Translations under genes and position numbers: made by a program
Notes under the pieces: generated by a model
Seen by the model: the letters and a program-made list of their open reading frames with translations, nothing else
Databases searched by the model: none
Told to the model about the DNA's origin: nothing
Shown: positions 59,071-64,000 of the stretch, piece by piece
Position numbering within the stretch: position 1 is the first letter of the stretch
How the letters are laid out: each line of letters starts with the position of its first letter
Assembly (NCBI GenBank): GCA_041740355.1
Contig: JBGSMD010000051.1
Location: 96,001-160,000 of the forward strand
Direction of reading: 5' to 3'
Origin: Bdellovibrionota bacterium
GTDB lineage: Bacteria > Bdellovibrionota_C > UBA2361 > CALJRW01
DNA length: 64,000 bases

Positions 59071-59766
59071 CTACAGCGCTTTGGATAAATTAGCTCTAGT
59101 TAAGGGAATTCCTGTTTCGGTTAAAAAGTAAGTCAGCCTCTCCAAGTATGCTTCAATTAATGAAATGGAGCGGGGTAAGCGCTTCGCTAAATATTCTTGA
59201 TGCGCTTCATTAAGGAGTATTCCTCTTTGCTTAGCTAGGGTAAAGATCATTTTACTTAAGTCTTCATCTTGTACGTTATCCAAACTATAAATTTGCATGT
59301 TTGCTAATCGGCTAGATAAATGATCATTTAAAATATAATTTTGGAAAGGCTGATCGGCAAAGATAATTAGTTTAGCTGAATTGCGCTTCACGGATTCATA
59401 CAGATCAATAAATCGGCTACTTAAGTCTTCTGCCTCTGGGTAAATGTTGGTTAGAAAATTTTGGAAATCGTCAATTATCAAAACATCTTGATCTGTATAA
59501 TTTGGCTTTAATGTTTGGGAATCAAAATTATCAGCAGTAATAATTTGAGGATAGAAATTATGGTTGGTAAAGAACTGACTCAAGACAATTGATAAATGAG
59601 TTTTACCAGAACGGGGCGAACCATAAAGATATGTAGCACTAAAAGTATGCCGACTAACGTCCTGCTCAAAATAAGATTTAATTCGTCGTAAGCCTAAATG
59701 CCAATAGAAGTTATCGGTTTGATAAGTAATTACCTTACGTAATTTTAGCGGAATTTGATTGTTCAT
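59071..59766 (-). CDS. hda: DnaA regulatory inactivator Hda-like AAA+ protein
   Basis: N-terminal clamp motif QIPLKL, DNF, GSPRSGKTHL, LIIDD, L.SRL and YL..R..R. Confidence 0.78.
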   Translation of the reverse strand: MNNQIPLKLRKVITYQTDNFYWHLGLRRIKSYFEQDVSRHTFSATYLYGSPRSGKTHLSIVLSQFFTNHNFYPQIITADNFDSQTLKPNYTDQDVLIIDDFQNFLTNIYPEAEDLSSRFIDLYESVKRNSAKLIIFADQPFQNYILNDHLSSRLANMQIYSLDNVQDEDLSKMIFTLAKQRGILLNEAHQEYLAKRLPRSISLIEAYLERLTYFLTETGIPLTRANLSKAL

Positions 59767-59772
59767 TAGAAT

Positions 59773-61065
59773 CTAACAACCAACATTGGATTCCAAACTG
59801 TGCGCGTGCTGATTAAGACTGACCTGACATTCAAGTGCTATTAACTTCTCCATTAATTTACTATAACCACGCATTAAATGCTCGGCGTCTTGAATAACAG
59901 TCTCCCCTTCCGCAACTAATCCCGCAATTAGAATTGCTGCAGCAGCGCGAATATCATGTCCCTTAACTGTCGTTCCCCTTAAACAAGCAACGCCTGAAAT
60001 TCTAGCTAGTGCCCCTTCAATCTGAATCTTAGCTCCCATCTTATTAAGCTCGGCAACATGAGCAAAGCGAGATTCATAAATCTTCTCTGATATTGTGCTT
60101 TGGCCATTAGCCACTGTCAAACAAGACATTAACTGCGCTTGAATATCAGTTGCTAAGCCTGGAAATGGTGCCGTTTCAACATTTACTGCCTTGATGATTT
60201 CAGGAGCTTTAACAACCATCGAGTGATTATTACATGTATAATTAACTCCCATTTCAGTTAATATATCCAAGAATTTACCTAAATGTTTTGGATCAAATCC
60301 ATTAATTACTAATTCCCCTCGGGTAGCAACAGTAGCTAGGATATAAGTTGCGGCTTCAATCCGATCCCCAATTAATTTGGTCTTAGTTGAGTGTAAATTC
60401 TTTTTGCCAATTACTTCAATTCTTTCCGTTCCGGCTCCAATAATTTCAGCACCCATACCGATTAGCAAATTAGCTAAGGCAACTACTTCTGGCTCACGGG
60501 CAACATTTGTGAAAACACTTTTCCCCGGTGTTAAGGCAGCGGCTAGTAATAACTGGTGGGTCGCTCCCACTGAGGGAAAATTTAAATGAAAAGTTGTTGG
60601 TCTTAAACCACCACTTGGGGCTTCCGCAATGACAACAGAATTTTCCATAGTGATTTTTGCACCCATGGAGGCAAGTCCCTCTAAATGGATATCCACAGGG
60701 CGCTTCCCAATAATATCACCACCAGGAAGAAAAACTTTTGCTTTTCCATATCGAGCGAGTAGTGGCGCAAGAATCCAAAATGATGCCCGAAAGGATTTAA
60801 TTAAGGCAACTGGTGGCTCACAACAGGAAATTACTGGAGTGGCAATTTTAATGCTGTCACCTGTGCGATCTACTTTACACCCAATACTTTCTAGGAGGCT
60901 TTGCGATAGATTAACATCAGAAATCTCAGGTACGTTGGTATAAGTCACCTCTTCCGCTGTCAGCACAGCAGCCATCAACATCGGCAAGACGGCATTTTTT
61001 GCTCCACTAACAGTGACTTCCCCAGATAGGCGATGGGGGCCTTGGATAAACAACTTTTGTGACAT
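59773..61065 (-). CDS. murA: UDP-N-acetylglucosamine 1-carboxyvinyltransferase
   Basis: SGAKNA.LP, RAS, LPGG(D)..G.RPVD.H, SVGAT, DRIEA.T, PG..TD.Q and D.RA. Confidence 0.95.
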   Translation of the reverse strand: MSQKLFIQGPHRLSGEVTVSGAKNAVLPMLMAAVLTAEEVTYTNVPEISDVNLSQSLLESIGCKVDRTGDSIKIATPVISCCEPPVALIKSFRASFWILAPLLARYGKAKVFLPGGDIIGKRPVDIHLEGLASMGAKITMENSVVIAEAPSGGLRPTTFHLNFPSVGATHQLLLAAALTPGKSVFTNVAREPEVVALANLLIGMGAEIIGAGTERIEVIGKKNLHSTKTKLIGDRIEAATYILATVATRGELVINGFDPKHLGKFLDILTEMGVNYTCNNHSMVVKAPEIIKAVNVETAPFPGLATDIQAQLMSCLTVANGQSTISEKIYESRFAHVAELNKMGAKIQIEGALARISGVACLRGTTVKGHDIRAAAAILIAGLVAEGETVIQDAEHLMRGYSKLMEKLIALECQVSLNQHAHSLESNVGC

Positions 61066-61118
61066 AGATTTGAATATGAAGATAATTCAAAATGTGAGTC
61101 TTTGAATATTATCAAGAT

Positions 61119-61256
61119 TCCAAAAAGTAATTTCCCTTCGGAATTACTTTTTGGGACTTACTATCCCCCCGGAGGGATAATAAAATCATATAGTTATGAT
61201 AAAAAACACAAAACTACTTTAAACATTCAGATATTACTTTTTATCATAACTATATA
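61119..61256 (-). mobile_element. ~148-bp MITE-like triple-hairpin repeat, copy 5 (one end eroded)
   Basis: TCCAAAAAGTAATTTCC...GGAATTACTTTTTGGGA / CTATCCCCCCGGAGGGATAA / TATAGTTATGATAAAAAA...TTTTTATCATAACTATATA. Confidence 0.8.
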
Positions 61257-61363
61257 ACCTGAATTATGTATTATATCAAAGGACTATTAAGCTTTGCTTC
61301 TAAATTATACTAAGTCACTAATGACTAAAAATCCGTTTTTACATCCCTTAGCATAATTATTCA

Positions 61364-61388
61364 CCGAAGCTAAAGCCTAGGCGGAAGC
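61364..61388 (+). repeat. Degenerate REP-like unit
   Basis: CCGAAGCTAAAGCCTAGGCGGAAGC versus consensus CCGAAGCTTTAGCGAAGGCGGAAGC. Confidence 0.5.
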
Positions 61389-61492
61389 TAAGGTCAGCTA
61401 ATTTTTATAAACCTTCAAGTCAATACTAAGGGTGACTTAAATTATAGTGAATTAATAGCACAGCTACGCAGGCTAGGACTTCAAATAATGAT

Positions 61493-63142
61493 TTAGTTAT
61501 CAGAAAATTTATAGACCCATTCATATGTTTTAAAGGCACCACTCAGATTTTTAACTTTAAAATTATTTTGAGACAGGATGCGACTAGCGAAGTATGAACG
61601 TTGTCCAGACTGGCAATAAACAAATATTTCCCGATCGACTGGCAATTCCGACAAACGACTTCGCAGTTCAGGTAAGGGAATATGATAGGCATTGTTAATA
61701 ATTCCATTCTTAATCTCGCTATCATTTCTAACATCGAGCAGGAAACTATCTTTAGGTAAGGTCACTAAATCCTCAGCAAAAAACTGAGTAACCTTTCCTG
61801 TTAGAATATTTTCAGCAATCATCCCAGCGATATTCACAGGATCTTTCGCAGAGCCATACTGTGGAGAATAGCTTAATTCCAAATCAATTAAGTCAGTAAC
61901 CGTCAACTTGCCAATAATAGCGGTGGCGATAACATCAATTCGCTTTTCAACGCCAGCTTTTCCAATAGCTTGTGCACCAAGAATCTCACCCTCTGGGGAA
62001 AAAAGAACTTTCAGGTTAATAGTCGATACGCCTGGATAATATGTAACATGATTATTAGGATGCAAATGAACTTTATGAAACTGAAAACCTGATTTTATAA
62101 GGCGAGTTTCGCTAGCTCCAGTTGAAGCCAGAGTCAAATCAAAAAATCTTAAAACTGCAGTGCCCAATGTTCCTTGATATACTTTTTTTGCACCATAAAT
62201 ATTATCCGCAACAATTCTTGCTTGCCGATTAGCTGGCCCGGCCAAAGCAATGACAGCAGGTTGTTTAGTAATATAATCTTGAACCTCCAAACAGTCTCCA
62301 ATCGCCCAGATATTGGACTGACTTGTTTGTAAATACTGATTTACCTTAACCCCTTTAGTCACACCTAGCTCAAGTCCAGCATTGAGCGCTAGTTTATTCT
62401 CCGGACGAACACCAATTGCTAATATTACTAGTTCCGCTGAAATACTTTGACCACTTTTTAATTTAAGGTTTAAACAACTGGCAGTTTCTTCCAGTTCCAA
62501 AAGTGGATCGGACAATCTAACATCTATTCCCTTAGATTTAGCCTCTGTTAATATTACTGCTGACATTTCAGGATCAAAAGTTGGTAATAGTTGTGCACTT
62601 GCTTCGATTAAATGCAGTTTTAAATTTAAGTTATGGAGTTGTTCTACAATCTCAAGCCCAATGTAACCTCCCCCAACAACTGCAACTGTTTGTATTTTAT
62701 TAGTAGCAATAAACTCTTTGATCTTGATAACATCTGGTATAGTTCTTACAGTAAAAATTCCAGGCAGATTAATTCCTGGGAGAGCTGGAATAATTGGGGC
62801 AGCTCCCGTTGCTAAAATTAATTGATCATATGTTAAAATATATTCTTGGTGTAAAGTATGATTATTAATTAATAATTCCTGACGCACGGGATCAATATTC
62901 ATTGCTTCTGAATTGATTCGAATGTCTAAATTAAAGCGCTGACCAAGTGATTCTGGTGTATGTAAAATCAAATCATCGATTTGTTTAATCTCATTGCCAA
63001 CGTAGTAAGGCAAACCACAATTTCCAAATGAGATATATTCCCCTTTCTCCAGAATAATAATTTCAGATTTTTCATCAAGCCTACGAAGCCTAGCAGCAAC
63101 AGTAGCTCCACCAGCGACACCTCCAATAATTACAATTCTCAT
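61493..63142 (-). CDS. CoA-disulfide/persulfide reductase with C-terminal rhodanese domain
   Basis: GGVAGG, SFGNCGLPY redox Cys, GGGYIG, Y.P..GSAKDP and LDVR...YCQSGQRS. Confidence 0.9.
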   Translation of the reverse strand: MRIVIIGGVAGGATVAARLRRLDEKSEIIILEKGEYISFGNCGLPYYVGNEIKQIDDLILHTPESLGQRFNLDIRINSEAMNIDPVRQELLINNHTLHQEYILTYDQLILATGAAPIIPALPGINLPGIFTVRTIPDVIKIKEFIATNKIQTVAVVGGGYIGLEIVEQLHNLNLKLHLIEASAQLLPTFDPEMSAVILTEAKSKGIDVRLSDPLLELEETASCLNLKLKSGQSISAELVILAIGVRPENKLALNAGLELGVTKGVKVNQYLQTSQSNIWAIGDCLEVQDYITKQPAVIALAGPANRQARIVADNIYGAKKVYQGTLGTAVLRFFDLTLASTGASETRLIKSGFQFHKVHLHPNNHVTYYPGVSTINLKVLFSPEGEILGAQAIGKAGVEKRIDVIATAIIGKLTVTDLIDLELSYSPQYGSAKDPVNIAGMIAENILTGKVTQFFAEDLVTLPKDSFLLDVRNDSEIKNGIINNAYHIPLPELRSRLSELPVDREIFVYCQSGQRSYFASRILSQNNFKVKNLSGAFKTYEWVYKFSDN

Positions 63143-63168
63143 TTTTAGCTCATTAAATTATAAACTGT

Positions 63169-63690
63169 TTATTTTTGATTCCAAGGCATTTTTCCTAAAA
63201 CCAAAGCCATCCCACAAGTGTCAGTTACTCCACTAAAAACTAATCCCGTACCAACAAATGCTGGAATCAAATAAAATCCAACATTTACTAATTGCCCAAG
63301 CAGAACTCCAATCATCACAAAACTTCCGGCAGCTATTCTTACCTGTCTTTCCAGCGAAATTACTCCCCGTCCTTCAATGAAAGAAAAATTACTACACTGA
63401 TTACAGGCATTAATTCCCCCTGCTAATATTTTTAAATCAGAACAATTTAAATCAGTTAATAACTCGCAGGCTTTTTCAGCTCGTTTTCCACTTTGGCAGA
63501 CGATCACTATTGGTTGTTTAAGATCAATTTTCAAAGCGGAAAGCTGTTCAGGATTTAAACGATCCAAGGGGAGATTAACGGCGTTCGGCAAATGCTTACT
63601 TTTAAATTCAGCAGGTGTTCTAACATCTAATAAAACTGTGTTAGCTGGAATCTCTTGTAACTCCGCAGGTGTAATTTTTTGATTAGTCAT
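63169..63690 (-). CDS. Membrane rhodanese (YgaP-like, DUF2892)
   Basis: LDVRTP.EF, CQSGKRA, SLERQVRI.AG and G.T..CGM...L..MPWN; start taken at MTNQK. Confidence 0.88.
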   Translation of the reverse strand: MTNQKITPAELQEIPANTVLLDVRTPAEFKSKHLPNAVNLPLDRLNPEQLSALKIDLKQPIVIVCQSGKRAEKACELLTDLNCSDLKILAGGINACNQCSNFSFIEGRGVISLERQVRIAAGSFVMIGVLLGQLVNVGFYLIPAFVGTGLVFSGVTDTCGMALVLGKMPWNQK

Positions 63691-63979
63691 TTGCTTCTCC
63701 AAATTTTTTGTAAATACAGGCAATAAAACTAGGCAGATGCTCTTCTATCACTTGATAGTGAATGGATCGTCCATTTTTTTCTGCTTTTAAAAAATTACAA
63801 AGACGTAAAAGTTTTAAATGTTCGGAAGTTAAGCTTTGGCTACATTCAATCGCTTCGGCAATTTCGTTCACAGTCAGATTGGGTTGCTCTAAAAGCAAAT
63901 CCACAATCTTAAGTCGAAATGGTTGAGCCAACATTTTTAAACAGTTAGCTGCGTCTTCATATTGTTGATTAGTAAGCAT
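63683..63979 (-). CDS. ArsR/SmtB family regulator (BigR/SqrR-like)
   Basis: LK.LA.P.RL.I, winged HTH with S.HL..L, and Cys near both ends (AANC, FIAC). Confidence 0.85.
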   Translation of the reverse strand: MLTNQQYEDAANCLKMLAQPFRLKIVDLLLEQPNLTVNEIAEAIECSQSLTSEHLKLLRLCNFLKAEKNGRSIHYQVIEEHLPSFIACIYKKFGEAND

Positions 63980-64000
63980 ATTGTTATTATAAGCATGTTC

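Overview
AT-rich bacterial chromosomal window with mostly housekeeping and metabolic genes. The diderm gene set (lnt, OmpA lipoproteins, pilin-like ORF) and protein style suggest a delta-proteobacterial/Bdellovibrionota-like lineage; this is inference only. Genes include murJ, proC, yggX, rmlA, argS, thrA-thrC, pdxST, mvaS, hisA/F/IE, msrB, eno-lnt, ahcY, mscL, purC, def-fmt-rpe-plsY, rpsD, ilvE, clpX, hda, murA and a persulfide-type ArsR/rhodanese/CoADR operon. There is also a 10-gene ECF sigma/anti-sigma-headed fatty-acid-modification cluster (furan/cyclopropane type, with a DUF1365-Cfa fusion), and several orphan genes, including a ~990-aa protein with six ~100-aa helical repeats. The most striking signals are non-coding. 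(i) A ~148-bp TA-flanked, triple-hairpin MITE-like family has 5 near-complete and about 4 partial copies, with compensatory base changes. (ii) A REP-like CCGCCGAAGCTTTAGCGAAGGCGG family forms composites with it. (iii) A candidate ~410-nt structured ncRNA with its own sigma70-like promoter lies at 48033-48442. (iv) Further structured intergenic RNAs lie at 58847-59040, in the ahcY leader and in a 116-nt hairpin. A 37-aa bTHX ribosomal protein gene missing from the ORF track lies at 43594-43707. No rRNA, tRNA, CRISPR array, transposase or integrase was seen.
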